Source: a virus
Taxonomy: Duplodnaviria; Caudoviricetes
DNA length: 47,288 bases
Direction: 5' to 3' (one strand)
Virus record (IMG/VR): IMGVR_UViG_3300030372_000565
Coordinates: 1-47,288 of that record
Shown here: positions 34,091 through 44,400 of the stretch, in pieces
Layout of the letters: each line of letters begins with the position of its first letter
Position numbering within the stretch: position 1 is the stretch's first letter
Notes under the pieces: generated by a model
Told to the model about the DNA's origin: nothing
Databases searched by the model: none
Seen by the model: the letters and a program-made list of their open reading frames with translations, nothing else
Position numbers and translations under genes: made by a program

Positions 34091-35297
34091 CTGGCTAAAA
34101 ACAGCTAGACCCAAACAGTTACAACCAAAAAAGGAACACTATATATGGCTCATATTGGCAGGTAGAGGTTGGGGAAAGACTAGAACTGGTGCTCAAGACA
34201 TCGCACTATACGCTTTAAGAAACCCAAACAGCTTATGTGCGGTAGTTGCTCCTACTCATGGTGATTTAAGAAGAGTATGTTTTGGTGGTAATAGTGGACT
34301 GCTTTCAATAATACCTGATGAATGCTATTTAAAAAGCACAGATGCAAAAGGTTATTCCTCTAGTGTATCGGAGATAAGATTAGAAAATGGCTCAAAAATA
34401 ATAGGCTATGCAGCACAAGAACCTGAAAGGCTAAGGGGAAGTCAATTCCATAGAGCATGGGCTGACGAGTTAGCTGCTTGGAGATACCCTGAAGCCTTTG
34501 ACCAATTAATGTTTGGTTTAAGGCTAGGAGAGAATCCGCAGTGTGTTATCACGACTACACCCAAACCAAGCAAAATAATAAAAGATTTGATAGTGAGAGA
34601 AGATGTCCAAGTGACAACAGGGAACACATTTGAGAATGAAGAAAACCTAGCTGACACTGCTTTAGCCATGTTAAGAGAAAGATATGAAGGAACAACAATG
34701 GGTAGGCAAGAATTGTATGCTGAAATAATAGAAGATGTTGATGGGGCATTGTGGACGGCAAAAATGATAGAAGATACAAGACTAAGAGAAGATGAAGAAA
34801 GAGATTTAAAACAAATTATTGTAGCTATTGACCCTGCAGTTACAGCAAATGAAAACTCAGACGAAACTGGCATTATGGTTGTAGGTAAAGACTACAATGA
34901 AAGATACTATGTGTTAGAAGATGTATCAGGTAGATATAGTCCTGACCAATGGGGAAGAAAAGCTATTGATTGCTATTACGACTGGCAAGCTGATAGAATA
35001 GTTGCAGAAGTAAATAATGGTGGCGACTTGGTTGAAAGACTATTAAGAGGAATAGATAATAATGTTCCTTATAGGTCAGTAAGGGCTACAAGAGGTAAAC
35101 TCACAAGAGCAGAGCCTATAAGTGCCTTATACGAGCAGAAGCGAGTTCATCACGTTGGCTATTTCGCAGAATTAGAATCGCAGATGTGTTCTTATACTGG
35201 TGAAACAAAACCTTCCCCTGATAGGTTAGATGCTTTAGTATGGGGTCTAACTGAACTTAGCAGGTCAAGGGGTGATGTTAATTGGAGAATAAGCTAA
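33984..35297 (+). CDS. terL: Terminase large subunit (start uncertain)
   Basis: Walker A GRGWGKT, Walker B AWADE, nuclease IDPA, DETG, DRLDA. Confidence 0.96.
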   Translation: MSTQQVKKQMPSEKLWNCLTQLQSHAEKETIKLYTDWLKTARPKQLQPKKEHYIWLILAGRGWGKTRTGAQDIALYALRNPNSLCAVVAPTHGDLRRVCFGGNSGLLSIIPDECYLKSTDAKGYSSSVSEIRLENGSKIIGYAAQEPERLRGSQFHRAWADELAAWRYPEAFDQLMFGLRLGENPQCVITTTPKPSKIIKDLIVREDVQVTTGNTFENEENLADTALAMLRERYEGTTMGRQELYAEIIEDVDGALWTAKMIEDTRLREDEERDLKQIIVAIDPAVTANENSDETGIMVVGKDYNERYYVLEDVSGRYSPDQWGRKAIDCYYDWQADRIVAEVNNGGDLVERLLRGIDNNVPYRSVRATRGKLTRAEPISALYEQKRVHHVGYFAELESQMCSYTGETKPSPDRLDALVWGLTELSRSRGDVNWRIS

Positions 35298-37186
35298 TGG
35301 CAACAGTATTAGAAAACATAAAGAACGCATTCACAAGAACACCTGAAAAAAAAGACACAGGTAACATGGTAGGTTACTTTGGTGTAGGAACGTCTAAATC
35401 AAGGAATTACAAGTATGAAGAACTAGCCGAAGAAGGCTATATGAAGAACAGCATTGTCTATCGCTGTGTAAATGAGATTTCTAAAGGTGCTAGTTCAGTA
35501 CCATACATGGTTAAGTCAGGGGAGCAGGTGTTAGAGAGTCACCCATTATTATCTCTATTGTCTCGCCCTAATCCCCTGCAATCTCACAGTGAGTTCTTTA
35601 ATAGTATCTTTGGTTTCTTATTACTTAGCGGTAATGCTTATATATTAAAGGTAGGCTCAGAACTTGGTGCTCCTAAAGAATTGCATTTATTAAGACCTGA
35701 CAGAATGGTAATAAAAGGTGGGTCAAGACCTATCCCTGACAGATACGAATATGTAATTAACGGAAGAATACAAGCTACCTATGAAGTAGATGATTCTTCA
35801 GGGTACAGTGAAGTAAAGCATATAAAACTTTGGAATCCATTAGATGATTTTTATGGATTATCACCTATGTCTGCTGCAGCTATAGAAGTAGACCAACATA
35901 ACATGGCAGGCAAGCACAATATAAATCTATTAAGCAATGGAGCAAGACCCAGTGGGGCAGTAGTATTTAAACCACAAGATGATTCAGGTATATCTGTAAA
36001 TCTATCAGAATCACAAAGACAACAACTTCTCACAGACCTAAATAATAGATTTAGTGGTACTGCTAATGCAGGCAGACCTATGTTGTTAGAAGGAGACTTT
36101 GACTGGAAAGAAATGGGACTATCACCTAAAGATATGGACTTTATTAATTTAAAGCACATGGCAGCAACAGATATAGCTATGTGTTTTGGTGTGCCTAGTC
36201 AATTAGTAGGAGTGCCTGACGCACAAACTTATGCCAACGTAGCAGAAGCTAGACTTGCCTTGTATGAAGAAACAATCATTCCTCATTTAAGAAAAATAGA
36301 ATCAGACCTTAATGAGTGGCTTGTTCCTATGTTTGGTGAAAGTTTAAATTTCTGTTTTGATATAGATAAGATTCCTGCATTAGCCGAAAGAACAAAACGC
36401 ACTTATGAAAATATAACCAGTGCTGTTAGAGAAGGCATAATGACTAGAAATGAAGCAAGAGAACATATAGGTTTAAGTCCTATTGATGGTGCAGATGAAT
36501 TATATATATCAGCTAATCTATTCCCTATAGGAGAAGAACCAACACCACCTGCAGACAATCCACTTATTGAAGATGAACTTGATGCGTATGATGACGAAGA
36601 AACAGAAGAAGATGAAAAAGCAATATCAGATATAGACTTTAAACCAACAGCAGGTATGGCAACAGAAGCACAACGTGGTTTAGATTGGAGAAAAGAGTTT
36701 GGCAGAGGTGGAACTAATGTAGGCTCTACAAGAGCAAGTCAACTTATCAAAAGAGAGAACTTATCTCCTGATACAGTCAAAAGAATGTATAGCTTCTTTT
36801 CTAGGCACGAAATAGATAAACAAGCAGAAGGATTCAAACAAGGCGAAAAGGGTTATCCGTCTAATGGAAGAATAGCTTGGGCATTATGGGGTGGTGATGC
36901 AGGTTTTAGTTGGTCAAAAAAGAAAAGAGACCAAATAGAAAATGAAAGTAAAGCAGAAGCAGATGAACTTGAAGTTGGAGATATGGTTTCTTGGAACAGT
37001 TCAGGTGGCAGAGCAAGAGGTAAGATTAAAAGAATATTAAGAAGCGGAAGTGCAAAGATACCTAACTCAGATTTTAGTGTAAATGGTACTGAAGATAATC
37101 CTGCTGCAATAATAACTGTGTATCAAGGCGGAGAGCCTTCTGATGTGACAGTAGGGCATAGGTTTAGTGCATTAACAAAAATATAG
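35297..37186 (+). CDS. HK97-family portal protein with ~190-aa C-terminal extension
   Basis: RPNP, LLSGNAY, YGLSP, NGARPSG, FGVP, MTRNEAR; extra domains after an acidic linker. Confidence 0.95.
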   Translation: MATVLENIKNAFTRTPEKKDTGNMVGYFGVGTSKSRNYKYEELAEEGYMKNSIVYRCVNEISKGASSVPYMVKSGEQVLESHPLLSLLSRPNPLQSHSEFFNSIFGFLLLSGNAYILKVGSELGAPKELHLLRPDRMVIKGGSRPIPDRYEYVINGRIQATYEVDDSSGYSEVKHIKLWNPLDDFYGLSPMSAAAIEVDQHNMAGKHNINLLSNGARPSGAVVFKPQDDSGISVNLSESQRQQLLTDLNNRFSGTANAGRPMLLEGDFDWKEMGLSPKDMDFINLKHMAATDIAMCFGVPSQLVGVPDAQTYANVAEARLALYEETIIPHLRKIESDLNEWLVPMFGESLNFCFDIDKIPALAERTKRTYENITSAVREGIMTRNEAREHIGLSPIDGADELYISANLFPIGEEPTPPADNPLIEDELDAYDDEETEEDEKAISDIDFKPTAGMATEAQRGLDWRKEFGRGGTNVGSTRASQLIKRENLSPDTVKRMYSFFSRHEIDKQAEGFKQGEKGYPSNGRIAWALWGGDAGFSWSKKKRDQIENESKAEADELEVGDMVSWNSSGGRARGKIKRILRSGSAKIPNSDFSVNGTEDNPAAIITVYQGGEPSDVTVGHRFSALTKI

Positions 37187-38007
37187 TGGCTTTAGCTAAA
37201 AAGCAATTTAGAAATATAAGAAGGGGCAGAATTAGTGCCCTAAAAGAAGTACGCAGACAACAAAGATTACGGAATAACTTAGAAAAACAGTTATATAAAA
37301 GACTTACTTCTCTATTCAGAAAGTTCGTTAGGACTAAAGCATATCTTTATCAAGAGTTTGGTGTGTTTGATTTAAACACTGCTATACAAGACCTTAATGA
37401 AGAATTTCTTCCTACAATGTCTCAACATTATAGAAAAATATTTAGAACAATATATAACAATGCTAATGAGTTACATGATAAAGGCACAAAAGAGGACGAT
37501 GTTTTTGTTATGGGAACAAGCATTGATTTTGAAGCAGTAGTCACAAGTTATTACACAGGTAGAACTTTAGTGCTATCAGGTGTTTCACAACGTATAGCAA
37601 ACAGAGTCAATACAATAATTACACAAGGCAGAGAAGAAAACTTAACATTAGACCAAATAGCTAAAAACATAAGTAATAAAGTATTGCCTATAACTAGAGG
37701 TAGGGCAGCTACAATAGCAAGAACTGAAACTCACAGTGCTGCTAGTTTTGCTAATCACAGCTATTATCAAACAGCACAGACTGATTTAGGTATGTCTGTA
37801 GTCAAAAGGTGGGTATCAACAAGCGATTTAAGAACAAGGTCTGCACATTCTGCAGCTAATGGACAAACAAGAACAATGGAAGAAGATTTTATAGTAGGCG
37901 GTACACCTATGGCTCATGCAGGCGACCCTAAGGGTGGAGCAAAGAACGTAATTAACTGTAGATGTGTCATTATTTATGCAGATGAACAAGATGTTGTGCT
38001 AGAGTGA
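37186..38007 (+). CDS. Minor head protein (Mu gpF / SPP1 gp7-like)
   Basis: RAATIARTET, KRW, RTRSAH, INCRC. Confidence 0.92.
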   Translation: MALAKKQFRNIRRGRISALKEVRRQQRLRNNLEKQLYKRLTSLFRKFVRTKAYLYQEFGVFDLNTAIQDLNEEFLPTMSQHYRKIFRTIYNNANELHDKGTKEDDVFVMGTSIDFEAVVTSYYTGRTLVLSGVSQRIANRVNTIITQGREENLTLDQIAKNISNKVLPITRGRAATIARTETHSAASFANHSYYQTAQTDLGMSVVKRWVSTSDLRTRSAHSAANGQTRTMEEDFIVGGTPMAHAGDPKGGAKNVINCRCVIIYADEQDVVLE

Positions 38008-38050
38008 TGATTCAGATACTATATATAGGTATAAATTTGGAGATAGCACT

Positions 38051-38893
38051 ATGACCAGTGAATTTACACAAAATGAGCCAAAGTTAGCTGTCCGTACAGA
38101 GGAGTACGATTCCCAAGAAGATTCTACACAGAATGACGAGAAACATATAAGAGCAGTACAAGAAACAGATGACTCTTATATTATTGAGTTTGGCAAAGAT
38201 ATGACTGAGCCAACAGAAGAATCAGACTATGAAGAAGAAGAAAAGGAAGAAAAGTCTTACATAGAAGTAAAATCAGAAATTAAAGCTGATTCAGAAGATG
38301 GAGTTTTTGAAGGTTATGGTTCTGTATTCAACAACACAGATTTAGGTAATGACGTTATCAAAAGCGGTGCATTTACCAAGAGCCTAGACCAACGTGGTCA
38401 TAAAGGAGTAAAACTTCTCTACCAACACAAGTCAGATATGCCTATTGGTGTGTTTGATGAAATCAAAGAAGATTCACATGGTTTATATGTCAAAGGTAGA
38501 TTGGCACTTAAAACACAAGCAGGGCAAGAAGCCTACGAATTATTAAAGATGGGTGCTCTTGATGGTCTAAGTATAGGCTTTAGAGTAAACCCAAAAGCAG
38601 TTTCTTATGATAAGCGTAAAAATCAACGCATTATCAAAGAGGTAGATTTAATGGAGATTAGTCTCGTTACTTTTCCGATGAACCCAAAAGCTACAGTTCG
38701 TCAGATAAAGGGAGAAGAAATTTCTATTAGAGAATGGGAAAATGGAATGCGTGATGCTTTCAATTTATCTCGTTCAGAATCAAAGATTGCAGCAAAAGCT
38801 GTTAATCAAGCATTCAGTCAGCGAGATGTTGATGCTAATGCTGATATGGTAGCAGCCATAAAACAATTAACATTAACAATAACCAAACTCTAA
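38051..38893 (+). CDS. HK97-family prohead protease with acidic N-terminal extension
   Basis: FEGYGSVF, LLYQH, GLSIGF, EISLVTFPMN. Confidence 0.95.
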   Translation: MTSEFTQNEPKLAVRTEEYDSQEDSTQNDEKHIRAVQETDDSYIIEFGKDMTEPTEESDYEEEEKEEKSYIEVKSEIKADSEDGVFEGYGSVFNNTDLGNDVIKSGAFTKSLDQRGHKGVKLLYQHKSDMPIGVFDEIKEDSHGLYVKGRLALKTQAGQEAYELLKMGALDGLSIGFRVNPKAVSYDKRKNQRIIKEVDLMEISLVTFPMNPKATVRQIKGEEISIREWENGMRDAFNLSRSESKIAAKAVNQAFSQRDVDANADMVAAIKQLTLTITKL

Positions 38894-38902
38894 GGAGCAA
38901 TT

Positions 38903-40120
38903 ATGTCTGAAGATATAAAAGAAGCTGTTTCTGAAATTGGTCATGCTTTTGAAGAATTTAAAAAAGCTAATGACGAAAAATTAGAAGCACTTGAAAAAGG
39001 GCAAAATGTTGATACTTTGGTTGACTCAAAACTTGAAGCTATTGAAGAAAAGCTGAATGGTCTTGAAGATATTAACCAAGAAATCACACAAGCCAAACAG
39101 GCACAAGAAGGAATCAAAGAGCAGGTAGAGCAACTTGAAACAGTCATGAAAAGACCAAATTCAGGTTACGAAGCCAAGCAAGTTGATGAAACTCTTGTAG
39201 CATTTGATGCTTACTGCAGAAAAGGACTAGAAGGTCTTGATGATGCAGAGAAAAAAGCATTAACTGTCAGCAATGACAACACTGGTGGGTATCTAGCACC
39301 ACCTGAATATGTAAGAGAGTTACTCAAAGCAGTAACAGAAATCTCACCTATTCGTTCTCTAGCTAGAGTAAGAAGCACTGGACAAAGGTCAATCCAAGTG
39401 CCTAAACGTGATGGTCAATTCTCCGCAGCGTGGGTTGCAGAAAGTGGCACTAGGTCTGAAACTACTGGTTACACAGTAGGTCTTGAGGAACTACCTGCCC
39501 ACGAACTTTACGCTTTAGTAGATATTTCTGAGCAAAACTTAGAAGATACTGTCTTTGACTTAGAAGCTGAGATGCAATCAGAGTTTAGTGAACAATTCGC
39601 TAAAGCTGAAGGAACTGCTTTTGTTAGCGGTAACTCTGTTGGTAAGCCTGAAGGTTTATTAACTAATAGCAGTGTTGGCGAAGCAAACTCAGGTCATGCT
39701 AGTACATTACTAGCTGATGGTCTGATTACTTTGGTTCACAGCATTAAATCTGAGTACGGCAGAAATGGTACTTTTGTTTTTAACAGAAGCACACTTTCAG
39801 CTATCAGAAAGCTAAAAGATACTGCAGGACAGTATGTGTTCCAAGCAGGTATGTCTCTACAAGCAGGAGTTCCTAATACTATATTAGGTTATCCTTATGT
39901 AGAAGCTACCGATATGCCTGACGTAAGTGCAAACGCTTACCCAGTGCTATTTGGTGACTTCAGAAGGGCATACATGATTGTAGACAGAGTGGCTTTAGCC
40001 GTTACTAGAGACCCATTCACACAAGCTACTTCAGGTAATGTTAGATACATTGCTAGAAGAAGGGTTGGTGGACAGGTTATTCAGGCTGAAGCTGTTGTTA
40101 AACAAAAAGTATCAGCGTAA
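38903..40120 (+). CDS. Major capsid protein, HK97 fold with delta domain
   Basis: GGYLAPPE, WVAE, GKPEG, KLKD..GQY, FGDF, RRRVGG. Confidence 0.97.
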   Translation: MSEDIKEAVSEIGHAFEEFKKANDEKLEALEKGQNVDTLVDSKLEAIEEKLNGLEDINQEITQAKQAQEGIKEQVEQLETVMKRPNSGYEAKQVDETLVAFDAYCRKGLEGLDDAEKKALTVSNDNTGGYLAPPEYVRELLKAVTEISPIRSLARVRSTGQRSIQVPKRDGQFSAAWVAESGTRSETTGYTVGLEELPAHELYALVDISEQNLEDTVFDLEAEMQSEFSEQFAKAEGTAFVSGNSVGKPEGLLTNSSVGEANSGHASTLLADGLITLVHSIKSEYGRNGTFVFNRSTLSAIRKLKDTAGQYVFQAGMSLQAGVPNTILGYPYVEATDMPDVSANAYPVLFGDFRRAYMIVDRVALAVTRDPFTQATSGNVRYIARRRVGGQVIQAEAVVKQKVSA

Positions 40121-40134
40121 GCAAGGAGTAAATT

Positions 40135-40599
40135 ATGCAAGACTTATCAAATAACATTAATCCTGCTGTTTCCCTTATTAATGCAGTTAAAACTGCTGCA
40201 GGCAATGGTACTGGTGTTGACTTACAAGGCTACGAAAGAGCAACTGTTCTTGTAGACGTAGGTGCAGAAGGCGACACTTTATCAAGTTCAGTATATTTTG
40301 AAGTTTCATTAGAGGAATCTGATGATGACTCAACATACACTGACGTTGCACAGGCAAGCATTACTGATGGAACTATTGCTGCAGGTGGTATCTTCTTAAA
40401 ACTAGATGGTACTGCTAACGGCAATCCTGATTCAGCAGGCGGTGTATTCAGAGTTGAATATATCGGTAACAGCAGATATATAAGAGTTGTACTCGCTAAG
40501 ACTGGAACACACTCCAACGGAACACCTATTGGTGCGATGGTTGTGAGAAGTGGTGCTAGACATAGTGGCGACAACGCTTTTACAGCACATAACGCTTAA
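40135..40599 (+). CDS. Probable capsid decoration/cement protein
   Basis: GTGVDLQGY, LEESDD, YIGNSRYIR; strong RBS, follows capsid gene. Confidence 0.65.
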   Translation: MQDLSNNINPAVSLINAVKTAAGNGTGVDLQGYERATVLVDVGAEGDTLSSSVYFEVSLEESDDDSTYTDVAQASITDGTIAAGGIFLKLDGTANGNPDSAGGVFRVEYIGNSRYIRVVLAKTGTHSNGTPIGAMVVRSGARHSGDNAFTAHNA

Positions 40600-40613
40600 A
40601 TAAGCATAAGACT

Positions 40614-40640
40614 GTGGGGGTTTATGCCCCCACTATCTTT
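40614..40640 (+). terminator. Terminator-like hairpin after head genes
   Basis: GTGGGGG-tttatg-CCCCCAC with weak U tail. Confidence 0.65.
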
Positions 40641-40656
40641 AAACTTGGAGAAATAG

Positions 40657-41001
40657 ATGGCTAATAAAAAATTTAAGATGATAGTGCCAAAGGCAGGTTC
40701 ATCTAATGCTTTAGGGACAGACACTATGCTTTACAGTGTTGATGAAATATATGAAGCAAAAGAGGATTTTCAAAAAGAACTTATGGAAGTATTCGTAGCA
40801 AACGGACACGCAATGGAAGTTAAAGTAGAAGGTGATGCTGAAGAAACTGGTGAGCCAGTACGAGCAAGAAACAAAAAAGGTCAATTAGTAGGAGATGACC
40901 CTGATACACCTGATGTTAATGAAGCGTGGGAAGGTGGAGAAGCACCAAAGAAAACCACTAAGAAAACTACGAAAAAGAAAACCACTAAGAAAAAATCTTA
41001 G
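40657..41001 (+). CDS. Hypothetical protein with KKTT-repeat basic tail
   Basis: RARNKKGQLVGDDPDTPDVNEAW then KKTT x3. Confidence 0.7.
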   Translation: MANKKFKMIVPKAGSSNALGTDTMLYSVDEIYEAKEDFQKELMEVFVANGHAMEVKVEGDAEETGEPVRARNKKGQLVGDDPDTPDVNEAWEGGEAPKKTTKKTTKKKTTKKKS

Positions 41002-41110
41002 TAACTTGTACCCTAGTTCACTTCTAGGTGTCAAAGACATTTGAAAGTGATATTATTAATGAAGCAGACGCTAATGATGGTAGATACCATGCAATTTAAA
41101 GGGAAAGTAT

Positions 41111-41464
41111 ATGAGTGCAGGTTATCATCATTTTATAATAGAACAAGGGGCAACATTTGGTCAGACCCTAACGCTTAAAGATTCAAGCGACACAGTAATC
41201 AATTTATCAGGTTACGCATCAGCAGAAATGGACTTGAGGGAAACACCTGAAAGTTCTTCAACAGTAATAACACTCACAACAGCAAATAGCAGAATAGCAT
41301 TAGGCGGTGCTGCAGGCACAGTTACGTTAAGCATTACAGCAGCAGACACAGCTAATTTAACAGCAGGAGAAGGTGTTTTTGACCTTGAGATAGTAGATGG
41401 TTCATCAGGGGTTTATCGCATCTTAGAAGGCACTTACGCAATCAGAAGGAATATAAGTAGATAA
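41111..41464 (+). CDS. Small beta-sandwich virion protein (fibre anchor, BppU N-terminal-like)
   Basis: IEQGATF, INLSGY, GVFDLEI, RILEG; TAATG-coupled to giant fibre gene. Confidence 0.6.
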   Translation: MSAGYHHFIIEQGATFGQTLTLKDSSDTVINLSGYASAEMDLRETPESSSTVITLTTANSRIALGGAAGTVTLSITAADTANLTAGEGVFDLEIVDGSSGVYRILEGTYAIRRNISR

Positions 41465-44400
41465 TGGCTATATCAAAGGTATCAACGGCTAATACTAGCA
41501 CCATAAATAAAGTAGTTGTTTCAGACACAGATGCAATAAGTGTAATAACAGTAGGAACGCAGGGATTAGCAGGAGCACAAACATTATTAGGAGCAACTAC
41601 TGCAGATGAATCCGTAGGTTCAGATGACATAGGCTCAACAGTAATATATGACCACGCTAATACAAGGTGGTTGGCAACAACTTCTAGCAATGCAAGTTCA
41701 TTAACTACTAAATTAGTAGGATTAACTTTTACTGCAGGTGGAGCATCAGTAACAGGTGTTTTAGATGAAGATAACTTAGGAACTAACAGTAATACTAAAT
41801 TAGCTACACAACAAAGTATCAAGGCATACGTTGATGCACAGGTAACAGCACAAGACTTAGACTTTCAAGGTGATTCAGGTGGTGCTTTATCAATAGACTT
41901 AGATTCAGAAGCGTTTACATTTACTGGTGGTACTGGAATAGATACCACAGGAAGCGGTAACACAATGACTTTTGCTATAGATAGCACTGTAGCAACACTA
42001 ACTGGTTCACAAACACTAACAAACAAAACTCTTACATCACCAGTATTCAATACAGCAGTTTCAGGCACAGCAATATTAGACGAAGATGATTTATCTTCTA
42101 ACAGTGCTACGAAGATAGCTACACAGCAATCTATCAAAGCCTATGTAGATGCTCAAGTAACTGCTCAAGATTTAGATGCCACTACGGATAGTGGAACAAT
42201 AGCAATAGATTTAGATAGCGAAACCTTAACAATAGCAGGTGGTGAAGGTATAGATACTTCAGCAACCTCTAATACGATAACCATAGCTGCAGAAGAAGCT
42301 ACCAGTAGCAATAAAGGTGTGGCTTCATTTGATGGCACGGACTTTACTGTTTCTTCAGGAGCAGTAACAGTTAATGCAGAAAGGGTACAAGATATAGTAG
42401 GTGCTATGTTCTCAAGCAATACAGAAACAGGTATTGCAGCTACATACGAGGACGGAGACGGAACAGTTGACTTAGTTATAGGTTCAGGGGTTATAACTAA
42501 TGCAATGTTGGCAGGCTCTATAGCTAATGCCAAACTAGCCAATTCATCTATTACAGTTTCAGATGGCAGTAATACCACAGATATAGCATTAGGCGGAACA
42601 GTAACTTATGCTGCAGGAGAAGGCTTAGACGTAGCAGAATCAAGCGGAACAGTTACTTTCAGTGCTGAAGATGCAACCTCTAGCAATAAAGGTATAGCTA
42701 GTTTTGATTCTACTGATTTTTCAGTAAGTTCAGGTGCAGTAACACTGGTAGCAGAAAGAATATCAGACATTGTTGGTGCAATGGTTACTTCCAATACGGA
42801 AAGTGGCATAGCAGTTACCTATCAAGATGCAGACAACACCTTAGACTTTGACGTAGGTGATTTTGATATTGCCCTAACAGGAGATGTTACAGGCTCAGGA
42901 ACAGTAACAAATTTAGGCAACGTATCTATATCAACAACAGTTGCAGCTAATTCAGTAGCACTAGGTACAGACACCACAGGTAACTACCTATTAGAAATAG
43001 CAGTAGGTGAAGGTTTAGACGTTTCACATACACAAGGAGAAGGAAGTACAGCTACATTATCAGCAGAACTTGCTACAGAAACTAATGCAGGGGTAGCCAC
43101 ATTTGACGGAACTGATTTTACAGTATCTTCAGGTGATGTAACGATTAATGCTGAAAGAGTCCAAGACATAGTAGGAGCAATGGTAGGCTCTAACACAGAG
43201 TCAGGAATATCAGTTACTTACGAAGATGGAGATGGCACTTTAGATTTCAATGTTAATGACCCTACTATAACTATTGATGGTGATATAGATGGTAGTGCCA
43301 CTATGACCAATCTTGGCAACACAACTATTTCTTTAACATTAGACACAGTAAACTCAAATGTAGGTTCTTTTGGTAGTTCAACTGCTATACCTGCCATAAC
43401 AGTAAATGCTAAAGGTCTAATTACAGCAGTAAGCACTAACAATATCTCAACAAGTTTCACATTAGCTGCAGATAGTGGCTCTAATGACACTTTTAATACA
43501 GGCGATACTTTAACTCTTAGTGGAACTTCAAATGAAATAGAAACCACAGTATCAGACAACGAAATAACAATAGGATTACCTGATAACGTAACTATAGGTG
43601 GCAACCTTACAGTAACAGGTAATTACACAGTCAACGGAACTACCACTACAGTTAATACTGCTACGCTTGAAGTTGAAGACCCTTTAATCAAGTTAGCCAA
43701 AGCAAACAATTCTTCTGATTCATTAGATATAGGTATCTATGGACTATACGACACTTCAGGTTCACAAGACTTATATGCAGGTCTATTTAGAGATGCTAAT
43801 GATAGTGGCAAATGGAAACTATTTAAAAGCCTACAAGCAGAGCCTACAACTACTGTAAATACAAGTGGAACTGGTTATGCCAAAGCAACTCTAGTAGCAG
43901 ATATAGAAGGAGATGTAACAGGAGATGTAACAGGTGCATTAACTGGTAATGCTGCAACAGCTACAGCACTTGCATCAGCTAGAACGATACACGGAGTAAG
44001 TTTTGATGGTACTGCCAATATAGACCTATCAGAAGTTATATCTGACACTGTAGGGGCTATGTTCAGTTCTAATACTGAGACTGGAATAGCAGCAACGTAT
44101 CAAGACAGCGACAACACAATAGACCTAGTAGTAGGAACTTTAAATCAGGACACAACTGGTAATGCAGCCACAGCCACAGCTTTAGAAACAGCAAGAACTA
44201 TTGGTGGTACAAGTTTTGACGGAACGGCAAATATAGCAGTAGCTTTAGCTGCAACTGCCACAGCATTAGCGAGTGCTCGTACAATTCATGGGGTTAGTTT
44301 TGACGGAACTGCAAACATTGACTTATCTGAGGTAATTCAAGACACAGTTGGTGCTATGTTTGGGTCAAACACCGAAACTGGTATCACTGTAACTTATGAA

